From positions 1-31,960 of the forward strand of contig JAKAAD010000001.1 in assembly GCA_021802305.1 (NCBI GenBank): DNA of 31,960 nt, in the 5' to 3' direction. Origin of the DNA: a bacterium. GTDB lineage: Bacteria; Chlamydiota; Chlamydiia; Chlamydiales; Rhabdochlamydiaceae. The notes under the pieces are model-generated. The model saw only the letters and a list, made by a program, of their open reading frames with translations. It searched no databases and was not told the origin of the DNA. The stretch's first letter is position 1; each line of letters opens with the position of its first letter. The position numbers were made by a program, and so were the translations under genes. Below are positions 1 to 8,720 of the stretch, piece by piece.

Positions 1-13
1 AGGATGATGTGCA

Positions 14-793
14 TTGCAGATCTTAATCCAAACCCAAGGCTTGAATATTCTCACCGATCCCATATGGTCAAATCGAGCAAGCCCTTATAAAAATATAGGA
101 CCAAAACGGTATAGCCCTCCGGGGATTCCCTTCGAAAAGCTTCCTCCAATAGATTTGGTTCTCATCACTCATAATCATTACGACCATTTGGACGTGAGCA
201 CCATCAAAAACATCTGCAATGCACATCATCCTAGAATCATTACACCTCTTGGAAATGATCGATTTCTTCCCCCTGAAGCGTATTCCATGAAAATTGAAAC
301 TCTTGATTGGCATAAATTCACAACAATCTCCGATGCCATAACTCTTCACCTTCTTCCTTGCCAACACTGGTCTGCAAGGGGCATTTTCGATAAAAATAAA
401 GCATTATGGGGAGTGTTTGTGATTGAAACTCCAGGAGGAAATATCTACTTTTGCGGCGACACTGGATATGAAAGAAACAACTTTTGTCAAGCACTCCAAC
501 AATTTGGCTCGTTTCGTTTTGCTGCACTACCAATAGGCGCTTACGAACCTCGTTGGTTGATGAAATACGCCCATATGAATCCTGAAGATGCCGTCCTTGC
601 TCATAAGGATTTAGGAGAACCCTACACTATCGCTACGCATTTTGAAACGTTTCAATTAACAGATGAAGGTTTTGACGATCCAAGAATTTCGTTATCTGTC
701 GCTTTGAATAAACATCTTATGAGCCCCCAAAAGTTCCGCGCATTAAAGATAGGAGAGGCGTGGATGGTGCCCGAAACCTCGACGAAGCCTTAG
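14..793 (+). CDS. Metallo-beta-lactamase-fold hydrolase (NAPE-PLD/RomA-like); true 5' end uncertain
   Basis: THNHYDHLD metal motif, ILTDPIWSNRASP, PCQHWSARG, FCGDTGY, LPIGAYEP. The start is a TTG with an in-frame TGA at 5-7, so the N-terminus may be truncated or frameshifted. Confidence 0.8.
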   Translation: MQILIQTQGLNILTDPIWSNRASPYKNIGPKRYSPPGIPFEKLPPIDLVLITHNHYDHLDVSTIKNICNAHHPRIITPLGNDRFLPPEAYSMKIETLDWHKFTTISDAITLHLLPCQHWSARGIFDKNKALWGVFVIETPGGNIYFCGDTGYERNNFCQALQQFGSFRFAALPIGAYEPRWLMKYAHMNPEDAVLAHKDLGEPYTIATHFETFQLTDEGFDDPRISLSVALNKHLMSPQKFRALKIGEAWMVPETSTKP

Positions 794-1428
794 TTACGCG
801 AGAGGTCTAATATCGAAACGATTTCTTCGTCACTCACTTGGTCAAATACACGATAAAAACAACCCACAGCTTCAAAAAAAGCAGGTGCGGAAAGGCAAAC
901 AACTTCATCTACCTCTTTTTCTAGTTTTTGCAATGCAGCGGATGCAGCAACCGGTACAGCGAGTATCAGCTTTTGCACACCCATGTCACGCATTGATCGT
1001 ATCGCAACGTGCATGCTTGCACCCGTCGCAATTCCATCATCTACTAGAATAACGATTTTCCCTTTGAGATCGGGAGCTGCTCTTTTTCCTCGATAAAGAG
1101 CAAGACGCTCCTTGAGAACTTTTCTTTGTTTCTCCGTCTCTTTTTGGAGGTAGCTTATCGGCACTCCGAGGAGTTGAATCAACGACTCATTAAATACTCC
1201 TTCGCCATCTTCCGCAATGGCCCCCAAAGCTAGCTCAGCATTGCGAGGAGCACCGATTTTGCGAACGACAATCGCATTGAGTGAAACGGCGAGTGCACGG
1301 GCTACCTCGTCAGCAATAACCATGCCTCCGCGCGCAAGTCCCAAAACAATGACATCTTTGCGCCCTTTGTACGACTGAAGGCGAGCTGCCAATTGTTTCC
1401 CAGCATCTCTCCTATCTTGAAACAACAT
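790..1428 (-). CDS. Type I phosphoribosyltransferase-family protein
   Basis: MLFQDRRDAGKQLA start, VLGLARGG, VRKIGAP, and PRPP-binding motif ILVDDGIATGAS. Confidence 0.9.
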   Translation of the reverse strand: MLFQDRRDAGKQLAARLQSYKGRKDVIVLGLARGGMVIADEVARALAVSLNAIVVRKIGAPRNAELALGAIAEDGEGVFNESLIQLLGVPISYLQKETEKQRKVLKERLALYRGKRAAPDLKGKIVILVDDGIATGASMHVAIRSMRDMGVQKLILAVPVAASAALQKLEKEVDEVVCLSAPAFFEAVGCFYRVFDQVSDEEIVSILDLSRN

Positions 1429-1468
1429 ATGCCCTAATTATTGTACTCCGTTTAGAATTTGCAATAAT

Positions 1469-3079
1469 ATGTCCACTCACTTAGCCGAAGAAACACATGC
1501 CCACACAAGACGCTTTTTTTCAGGGACACTCCTCAGTCGCCTCAGTGGCTATGGCCGAGATTTTGCAATGGCCATATGTTTTGGCGATCATCCTTCCATC
1601 GCCTCCTTTATGATCGCATTTCGCATTGCAAATCTCCTGCGCCGCCTCGTTGCAGAAGGCCCTTTTCAATCGAGTTTTATTCCCTACTTCGAAGGCCTTC
1701 GCTTGCAAAATCCCGCAAACGCTATCGCTTCGTTTCGAAAGCTTTCAGCTTTTTTCCTCTCTATCCTTCTCATCGTGGTGATCGCGGCAGAAATAAGTAC
1801 ACAACTCCTCTTCCTTTCAGATACAATTTCTCCTGAGAAGAGAGAAATTGTTCATCTTTCCAGGATCCTCTTTCCAAGCATTCTCTTCATCTGTCTCTAC
1901 GGCATGAATAGCTCTCTCTTACAATGCTACGGCCATTTTTTTCTTTCGGGAATCGCACCTGCCGTTCTCAATGTGGTATGGATCGTTGCAACGTTCTTTT
2001 TGCGCAACCACCACCCCTCTTTTGCTATGGAGATTCTTGCAGGATGTATCGTTTTAGGCTTCGCCACGCAATGGGCTTTCACTCTGCCCACGACTCTGCG
2101 CTATTCATCTGCTCCTTTCAAAGAATGGATTCCCCTGCGTTTCCCTTCAGAACTCAAACACTTGCTGACTTCTTTTTCTCTCATTGCTATTGGGATAGGG
2201 GCTGCTCAAGTAAATGCCTTCATCGATGCACTATTTGCAAAAGCAGCTCATCCGAGTGGCCCTGTCTACCTTTGGTATGCTTTTCGCATGGAGCAACTCG
2301 CTCTTGCTATTTTCGGCATTGCCTGTGTAACAACCATTGTGCCAAAACTATCTCACTACATTAAAGGAGGTGACTTTGCCAATGCTCGGTTTTTATTTTC
2401 TTTCAGCTTTCAACGCATTATTTCGATCATGATCCCATGCACATTTGCCATACTCATGCTAGGAGGAAGCGCACTGAACTTAAGTTATGGAAGAGGTCAG
2501 TTTTCCCAAGAAGCCCTCGTGCGCACAACGATGTGTTTATGGGCCTACGCACTAGGGCTTCTGCCAAGCGCAATGACTATCCTTTATTCTTCTCTTTTTT
2601 ATGCGCAAGGCCATTTCCGGTTTCCTACCCGCATATCCCTTATTTCCATTGCGGTGCATATTTCTCTAAATATTTTTTTCATTCTTGTACTCCATCTTGG
2701 GGCTACAAGCATTGCTCTCAGCACGAGCATCAGCGCCTGGCTGCAGTATGTGGCATTGCAAAAGAGAGCTGCAACGATGGGATGGACCTCAACTATGCAT
2801 TTCTCTCGCGTTCTTTTCATTATTGCCGCTAGCCTCGTTGCCTCATTCTCTGTTCTAGTGGTCTACGCATGGCTACAGAACCTCTCCTTGATCATCGAGC
2901 TCCCCACTCATTTTTTCGCGCGGACGTTCACGCGCCAAGCTATAGAGTTCCTCCTACCCGCCTTTACTTTCTTGCTTGCGCTCTTTTTCTTTGCCATAAG
3001 CACCCGCAACAAAGATCTCCTAGAAGTTTTTCGCTTCTTTTTTGGACGCTCCTTGCTCCGAAAAATAAATCTTCAGTAA
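1469..3079 (+). CDS. murJ: Lipid II flippase MurJ (MviN)
   Basis: SRLSGYGRD, AFRIANLLRRLVAEG, QVNAFID, AFRMEQL; about 13-14 hydrophobic segments. Confidence 0.9.
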   Translation: MSTHLAEETHAHTRRFFSGTLLSRLSGYGRDFAMAICFGDHPSIASFMIAFRIANLLRRLVAEGPFQSSFIPYFEGLRLQNPANAIASFRKLSAFFLSILLIVVIAAEISTQLLFLSDTISPEKREIVHLSRILFPSILFICLYGMNSSLLQCYGHFFLSGIAPAVLNVVWIVATFFLRNHHPSFAMEILAGCIVLGFATQWAFTLPTTLRYSSAPFKEWIPLRFPSELKHLLTSFSLIAIGIGAAQVNAFIDALFAKAAHPSGPVYLWYAFRMEQLALAIFGIACVTTIVPKLSHYIKGGDFANARFLFSFSFQRIISIMIPCTFAILMLGGSALNLSYGRGQFSQEALVRTTMCLWAYALGLLPSAMTILYSSLFYAQGHFRFPTRISLISIAVHISLNIFFILVLHLGATSIALSTSISAWLQYVALQKRAATMGWTSTMHFSRVLFIIAASLVASFSVLVVYAWLQNLSLIIELPTHFFARTFTRQAIEFLLPAFTFLLALFFFAISTRNKDLLEVFRFFFGRSLLRKINLQ

Positions 3080-3099
3080 GCTTTAACCCATATTGCTAT

Positions 3100-3188
3100 G
3101 GAAAGATGGCTGAGCGGCCGAAGGCACGTCCCTGCTAAGGACGCGTACCGATTAAACGGTACCGTGGGTTCAAATCCCACTCTTTCCG
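3100..3188 (+). tRNA. tRNA-Ser (anticodon GCT)
   Basis: Acceptor stem GGAAAGA/TCTTTCC. Anticodon arm CGTCC-CTGCTAA-GGACG. Long variable arm GTACCG-ATTAAA-CGGTAC. T-arm GTGGG-TTCAAAT-CCCAC. No encoded CCA. Confidence 0.97.
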
Positions 3189-3251
3189 TTTCATCTCGTG
3201 CAAGAGACCCATTTTTGACGAACATTCGACATTTAGTATGATGGAGGATCT

Positions 3252-4673
3252 ATGGAAGAAAAAGTAAAAGCTCCTCCTCATTCCAAAGAAGCAGAGATGA
3301 TCGTTCTGGGGTCTATGCTCACGAACATCGATAGTTTAAACGTTGCCGCCGATCAACTCATCGATCAAGACTTCTATTTCAGCGAACACAAAGTCATCTT
3401 TCAATCGCTAAAGCAAGCCTATTGCAACGATAAACCCGCCGATGTGCATCTTGTTGCAGAAGATCTCAAGAGACAAAATCAATTGACGACCATTGGAGGG
3501 ATTGGCTATCTCACCACACTCGCACAATATGCAGGAACATCTGCCTATATCGAAGAATACGTTGATCTCGTCCGTGCAAAATCTGTATTGCGAAAGATGA
3601 TTTTCACTTCCCAAGAAATTGAGCGCTCTGCTTTGAAAGAACCTGATGATGTCCACGCATTGCTCGACGATGCACAAGCAAAATTCTTTCACATTAGCCA
3701 AACGGTAAACCCTGGATCCGGCGTCCTGGTCAAAGATCTCTTAGGCGGTACGCGTTCTTCTTCTCAATTGCCCTACCTCAAAGAGCTGCAAGAACGGCAA
3801 GAACATTTTCAAGCCAAAGGGGTTGATGGCCTAGTAGTGACTGGAATCCCTTCTCACTTCATCGATCTAGACAAAATCATCGACGGACTCGGTCCCTCCA
3901 ATCTCATCATTCTTGCAGCAAGGCCCGGTATGGGAAAAACCAACTTTGCCCTCAATATTGGAGAAAATGTCGCATTTAAAAGTCACCTCCCTGTAGGGAT
4001 CTTTACCTTGGAAATGACTGCAGAACAATTACTCCACAGAATGATTTGTAGTCAGTCCGAAGTAGAATCGGACAAAATTCGCACGGGCTCTTTAGATGGC
4101 GTAGAATATCAGCGCGTTGTTGCTACTGTGAATCGCATGATGGAAGAGACGATTGTCATTGATGACCAATCCGGTTTAAAAATTACGGATTTACGCGCCC
4201 GAGCACGCCGCATGAAAGAAAAGTACGACATTCAATTTCTCATCATTGATTACCTCCAGCTCATCTCTGGATCTGGCCAAATGCGAAGCAATGAAAACCG
4301 TCAAAATGAAATTTCTGAGATTTCTAGAATGCTCAAAGCACTTGCTCGAGAATTACACATCCCCATTCTTTGTTGTGCACAGCTTTCTCGCAAAGTCGAA
4401 GAACGACAAGGGCATCGTCCATTGCTTAGCGACCTACGCGAATCAGGCAGTATTGAACAAGATTGCGACATCGCACTCCTCATCTTTCGAAGAGAGTACT
4501 ATGATGAGCGCGACCATCCGGGGCTTGCAGAAATTATCATTGCAAAAAACAGGCATGGTGCCACAGGAACAGTGAAATTAACCTATCGCAAAGAAGTAGC
4601 CCAATTTGTAAACTTTTCTCCAATCGATGCCTTAGTAGAGCCCTCCCATGGCAATTCTAAAATTAACTTTTAA
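3252..4673 (+). CDS. dnaB: Replicative DNA helicase DnaB
   Basis: PPHSKEAE N-terminus, Walker A AARPGMGKT, IIDYLQL, AQLSRKVEER, DLRESGSIEQD, AKNRHG; GGAGGA RBS at 3243-3248. Confidence 0.97.
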   Translation: MEEKVKAPPHSKEAEMIVLGSMLTNIDSLNVAADQLIDQDFYFSEHKVIFQSLKQAYCNDKPADVHLVAEDLKRQNQLTTIGGIGYLTTLAQYAGTSAYIEEYVDLVRAKSVLRKMIFTSQEIERSALKEPDDVHALLDDAQAKFFHISQTVNPGSGVLVKDLLGGTRSSSQLPYLKELQERQEHFQAKGVDGLVVTGIPSHFIDLDKIIDGLGPSNLIILAARPGMGKTNFALNIGENVAFKSHLPVGIFTLEMTAEQLLHRMICSQSEVESDKIRTGSLDGVEYQRVVATVNRMMEETIVIDDQSGLKITDLRARARRMKEKYDIQFLIIDYLQLISGSGQMRSNENRQNEISEISRMLKALARELHIPILCCAQLSRKVEERQGHRPLLSDLRESGSIEQDCDIALLIFRREYYDERDHPGLAEIIIAKNRHGATGTVKLTYRKEVAQFVNFSPIDALVEPSHGNSKINF

Positions 4674-4753
4674 CAAAATGCCTGTTTTAACGACTTGCAC
4701 CTTTCTTTGGACCCTGATAGAATTGGCCTCCTTGCAAGGAATGTGATATACTC

Positions 4754-4840
4754 ATGTCTTCCGTAAAGAAGAAAAGAAAAGCAAAGATCGCAAAGCACAA
4801 AAGAAAAAAACGACGCCGTCGCGATCGCCACAAAACATAA
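4754..4840 (+). CDS. 28-aa basic peptide MSSVKKKRKAKIAKHKRKKRRRRDRHKT, AURKAIP1/COX24 (mS38/bS22-like) small ribosomal-protein family
   Basis: Read directly: ATG at 4754 to TAA at 4838-4840; too short for the ORF track. Fits the MxSVxKKR...KHK pattern of this family as recalled. Confidence 0.8.
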   Translation: MSSVKKKRKAKIAKHKRKKRRRRDRHKT

Positions 4841-4862
4841 AAAATTTCTTCACGGATAGACC

Positions 4863-6701
4863 ATGGGATGGACATATCCGGAAAGTTTTGATGTCATCGT
4901 AGTCGGAGCTGGTCACGCTGGCTGTGAGGCTGCGTACGCTTCTGCCAAAATGGGCGCCAAAACGCTCCTTCTCACGATGAATCTCGATACCATTGCAAAG
5001 ATGAGCTGCAACCCTGCCATCGGCGGCTCTGCAAAAGGTCATCTCGTACGCGAAATTGATGCGTTAGGCGGCATCATGGGAAAAGTCGCGGATGAAACTG
5101 GCATTCAATTTCGCATGCTCAATCGCTCTAAAGGCCCTGCCGTCTGGTCGCCTCGTGCACAAACCGATAAACAGACGTACAGCCTTGCCATGAAGAGGCG
5201 ATTAGAGCAAGTCGATCATCTTTTTCTCAAGCAAGGAACGATTGACGATTTGCTAATCGAAAAAGAACGCGTCATTGGCTTATCTACCACTGACGGCATT
5301 ACCTATCTTGGAAATGCAGTCATCCTTTCTTCTGGTACATTTTTGCGTGGGCGCATCCATATTGGCCAAATAGAACTCGATGGGGGAAGAGCAGGAGATC
5401 AACCATCTATCGGCCTTTCTGCAGCCCTAGAAAAAAGAGGTTTAGTACTTGGGCGATTAAAAACAGGAACTCCGCCGCGCATCCATCGACGAAGCATTGA
5501 TCTCTCCTGCATGCAAGAACAAGCTGGAGAAAAGGATGTACGCTTTTCCTTTGATCCTCCCGACGCTCCCACGCTTCCTCAAGTTTCTTGCTACATCGTT
5601 TACACCAATGAAGCTACCAAAAAAATCATCCAAGAAAATGTCCATCTCTCAGCTATGTATTCTGGAAAAATTCAAAGCGTAGGTCCTCGCTATTGTCCCT
5701 CTATCGAAGATAAGATCGTGCGCTTTGAAGATAAGGAACGGCACCAAATATTCATGGAGCCAGAAGGCATACATACGCAAGAAATCTATGTGAATGGCCT
5801 TTCCTCCTCTCTTCCTTTTGATGTGCAATTGCGAGCACTTCGCACAATCGATGGATGTCAACGTGCAGAAGTGTTACGCCCTGCTTATGCCATTGAATAC
5901 GACTATGCAAAAAGTGGCCAACTCACTGCAGCACTCGAAACAAAGAGAATCGAAGGATTGTTTTTTGCAGGGCAAATTAATGGCACAACGGGATATGAAG
6001 AAGCAGCTGCCCAGGGCCTTATTGCAGGGATCAATGCCGCTTTGAAAGTGCAAAGAAAACCCCCTTTTCTTCTCAAACGCTCTGATAGCATGATTGGCGT
6101 CATGATAGATGACCTCATCTCTAAAGATCACCAAAGCCCCTATCGCATGTTTACGAGCCTTTCAGAATATCGTCTCCTATTACGCCAAGATAATGCGGAT
6201 CTTCGTTTGCGAAGCTATGGAGCACAATTAGGCCTCATCAATGCTGCGCAACTCAAGCACGTCGAAGAGAAAAAAATAGCCATTCGCGAAGGAATCCACA
6301 CATTGACCGCCTTACATCGAACCATAGAAGGCAAAAGCCTCAACATAGCTCAGCTCCTCGCAAGACCCGATTGGGATTATGAGAGATTACGCTCAACATT
6401 TCCCGAGTCTATCCCTGTTTTAGATCCCGAGATTCAATTACAGATCGAAATCGAACTCAAATATGCAGGATACATTGAAAGACAAGAGCGAGAAGTCGAA
6501 AAACTTGCCCAAGTAGAATCTATTTCTCTTCCTGCAACCTTGGATTTTCGCACTGTCGTAGGCTTGGGATCGGAAGCCATTGAAACGCTAGAACGATTTC
6601 GCCCTCAAAATTTAGGCCAAGCTTCCCGTTTATCTGGAATTTCTCCTGCGGACATCACCGTACTTCGCGTTTGGTTGCAAGCAAAGCGAGGTGCCTCATG
6701 A
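4863..6701 (+). CDS. mnmG: tRNA uridine-5-carboxymethylaminomethyl modification enzyme MnmG (GidA)
   Basis: [74 protein letters not shown]. Confidence 0.97.
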   Translation: MGWTYPESFDVIVVGAGHAGCEAAYASAKMGAKTLLLTMNLDTIAKMSCNPAIGGSAKGHLVREIDALGGIMGKVADETGIQFRMLNRSKGPAVWSPRAQTDKQTYSLAMKRRLEQVDHLFLKQGTIDDLLIEKERVIGLSTTDGITYLGNAVILSSGTFLRGRIHIGQIELDGGRAGDQPSIGLSAALEKRGLVLGRLKTGTPPRIHRRSIDLSCMQEQAGEKDVRFSFDPPDAPTLPQVSCYIVYTNEATKKIIQENVHLSAMYSGKIQSVGPRYCPSIEDKIVRFEDKERHQIFMEPEGIHTQEIYVNGLSSSLPFDVQLRALRTIDGCQRAEVLRPAYAIEYDYAKSGQLTAALETKRIEGLFFAGQINGTTGYEEAAAQGLIAGINAALKVQRKPPFLLKRSDSMIGVMIDDLISKDHQSPYRMFTSLSEYRLLLRQDNADLRLRSYGAQLGLINAAQLKHVEEKKIAIREGIHTLTALHRTIEGKSLNIAQLLARPDWDYERLRSTFPESIPVLDPEIQLQIEIELKYAGYIERQEREVEKLAQVESISLPATLDFRTVVGLGSEAIETLERFRPQNLGQASRLSGISPADITVLRVWLQAKRGAS

Positions 6702-7408
6702 GTTTTCACGTGATTCATTTGCAGAACGCTCCTATTTACGAACAACTTCTTCTCGAAGAAACCCTTCTTCACAGTGATACTCGCAATTGGTGCATGATTA
6801 GCCAGGGCTCTCCTCCTTCGATTGTCCTCGGCATTTCAGGGAAAAAGCACGAACTTGTCGACTGCGCTGCTGCAAAAAAAAGAGGAATTCCGCTCGTTAA
6901 GCGCTTTAGCGGAGGAGGAACCGTCGTTGTGGACGAAGCAACCCTATTCATCACATTTATTTGCCAAAAGAGTTTTCATACTTTTCCCGCATTTCCAGAA
7001 CCGATCCTTCGTTGGGGAGAAGAGATGTACAAGGACCTTCTCCCCCATCCGGAATTTGCCTTGCGAGAAAACGATTTTGTCATTGGCCATAAAAAGTGCG
7101 GCGGAAATGCGCAATACATCAAAAAAGAACGCTGGCTCCTTCATACTTCTTTTCTCTGGGATTACTCTTCTGCGCATATGGATTTGCTTTTGATGCCCAA
7201 AAAAACGCCTGTGTATCGTGCTGGACGCAAGCATTCGGATTTTCTCTGCCGTTTGAAAGACTTCTTCCCTTCCAAAGAGGAGCTCATACAAAACTTCTTG
7301 CGCACTCTCTCTACCCAATACGAGCTTGTATATCACTCTTTCGAAGAAGTCCGCTCCTTTCTCACACCAGGATCTCGGATCGCAACAGAACTGCTTACAA
7401 CTCCCTAA
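6698..7408 (+). CDS. lplA: Lipoate-protein ligase A-family protein
   Basis: [37 protein letters not shown] at 6698 overlaps the mnmG stop; same position as in the chlamydial dnaB-gidA-lplA order. Confidence 0.85.
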   Translation: MSFHVIHLQNAPIYEQLLLEETLLHSDTRNWCMISQGSPPSIVLGISGKKHELVDCAAAKKRGIPLVKRFSGGGTVVVDEATLFITFICQKSFHTFPAFPEPILRWGEEMYKDLLPHPEFALRENDFVIGHKKCGGNAQYIKKERWLLHTSFLWDYSSAHMDLLLMPKKTPVYRAGRKHSDFLCRLKDFFPSKEELIQNFLRTLSTQYELVYHSFEEVRSFLTPGSRIATELLTTP

Positions 7409-7409
7409 C

Positions 7410-7431
7410 TACACGCAAATGCATTCAAAAA
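7410..7431 (+). repeat. Direct repeat copy 1 (core CAAATGCATTCAAAAA, 7416-7431)
   Basis: Exact 16-mer also at 8705-8720. Extends to TACACGCAAATG... versus TACAC--AAATG... (20 matches, one 2-nt gap). Confidence 0.6.
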
Positions 7432-7464
7432 TTGTTTGTTATAGAGAAACCCCCATTTTGAGGT

Positions 7465-7788
7465 TCATTTGTGTATAAGTAGAGCTCGTAGTGCATCATC
7501 TGGATGGGCAAGAGTTGCAGTTGCATACAACGGTCTTGAATCAAGTTTTTCCATCGATACATATTCTCTTCCCCAAAATCGAATCCCAAAAGAAGATTTG
7601 GGATGCTCTTGGAGAAATTGATGTAAGCTTTTCAATGTAGAACCATGATTGCTTTTTACTTCCACTGGAAGAATCATTCTGTCTGATTCAATGAGATAGT
7701 CTACCTCTGCTAAAGATCCCTTTGCTTCTCTTTTCACAAGAAGTTCTTTCCCTACAAATGCTTCTATAATCGCTCCTTGATTGATCAA
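7465..7788 (-). pseudogene. C-terminal remnant of an AAA_14/DUF4143 ATP-binding protein
   Basis: GAIIEAFVGKELL, REAKGSLAEVDYLI, PVEVKS, LKSLHQFL. No ATPase domain, an in-frame stop just upstream, and the usual YW segment before RE appears deleted. Confidence 0.7.
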
Positions 7789-7855
7789 ATCCTTATTAAT
7801 GCGCTATGAGGTAAAGCCAGATTGATTTTTGCGAGGAATACCATTCTTGAATACG

Positions 7856-7887
7856 ATTGACAGAAGCTTAGTTGTACAAGAGGCCTA
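7856..7887 (-). repeat. 32-bp inverted repeat, left copy
   Basis: Reverse complement TAGGCCTCTTGTACAACTAAGCTTCTGTCAAT; 29/32 identical to 11336-11367. Confidence 0.9.
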
Positions 7888-7915
7888 AGATAAATCAAAA
7901 GGATTTCTCTCTCGA

Positions 7916-8689
7916 TCACTCCGGATCGCTCACGTCAGGCAAACTCACCATATCCTTAAGTGCCTGACCTGCTACGGTTCGTCCTATCACAGCAAGAGAT
8001 TCTGTCAGAGGAATTTTCTTAGGACAAACACGTCGGCAATTTTGTGCATTGCCGCAATCGCTAATTCCTCCTTCGTCCATAAGTGGACGAAGGCGTGATG
8101 CCTTCATATGCTTACCTACCGGGTGAGCATTGAATAGCCTTGCTTGAGAAATCGCCGCAGGGCCAATGTATTTAGAATGACTGTTGACCTGTGGGCAGGC
8201 TTCTAAACAGCAGCCACAAGTCATGCAAGTAGAAAGCACATACCGAATCTCTTGTAAAGCGGGACTAATTTTAGGACCAAAACCATGGTCAAGCGCATCA
8301 TCTGCATCCATCCACGCGCGTACCGTTTTTAAATCTTCAAACATCTTGGAACGATCAACGACAAGATCCTTTATCAGTGGGAACTTGGTAAACGGAGCGA
8401 GTGCAATGACTGAGCGCTTTGTCTGATCGAGAATTTGATCTACAAGCGCAGCGCAAGCCTGCCGCGGCCACCCATTGATCAACATGGAACACGAACCACA
8501 GACTTCTTCTAAACATCCTTGTTCCCATGCAATAGGGGTGACGCGTTCTCCTTTGCGATTGACTGGTTTTTTTTGTATGTCGGATAAGCACGAGGTGATG
8601 TTGTAAAACGGTTTTACTTCTAGCTCGAATTCTTCCCAATATTGTCTATTTTTTGTGCCACGATAAACTCGCAAAATAAATTTTTTCAT
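7916..8689 (-). CDS. sdhB: Succinate dehydrogenase iron-sulfur subunit
   Basis: CLEEVCGSCSMLING, CMTCGCCLEACP and CGNAQNCRRVCP cluster motifs. Start placed at MKKFILRVYRG (8689) rather than 8713. Confidence 0.95.
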   Translation of the reverse strand: MKKFILRVYRGTKNRQYWEEFELEVKPFYNITSCLSDIQKKPVNRKGERVTPIAWEQGCLEEVCGSCSMLINGWPRQACAALVDQILDQTKRSVIALAPFTKFPLIKDLVVDRSKMFEDLKTVRAWMDADDALDHGFGPKISPALQEIRYVLSTCMTCGCCLEACPQVNSHSKYIGPAAISQARLFNAHPVGKHMKASRLRPLMDEGGISDCGNAQNCRRVCPKKIPLTESLAVIGRTVAGQALKDMVSLPDVSDPE

Positions 8690-8700
8690 ATAAGTTGGTA

Positions 8701-8720
8701 TACACAAATGCATTCAAAAA
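8701..8720 (+). repeat. Direct repeat copy 2, spanning the ATPase start codon
   Basis: TACACAAATGCATTCAAAAA; see 7410-7431. Confidence 0.6.

Noticed and set aside
5-7. In-frame TGA just upstream of the MBL hydrolase, as possible selenocysteine or readthrough
   Set aside because: Only 13 nt of context; the upstream codons do not match the expected GH motif, so truncation or a frameshift is equally likely.
3215-3242. TTGACG-16-TATGAT as the dnaB promoter
   Set aside because: The start site would fall on the GGAGGA RBS only 9 nt before the ATG; plausible but not supportable.
3252-4673. Intein in DnaB
   Set aside because: Normal length and contiguous motifs; no insertion.
4744-4752. Extended -10 (TGATATACT) before the small basic peptide
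   Set aside because: It ends 1 nt before the ATG, too close even for a leaderless transcript.
8642-8713. ORF-track N-terminal extensions of the ATPase (8642) and sdhB (8713)
   Set aside because: They overlap each other and precede the recognisable N-termini; likewise the tatD extension to 19993.
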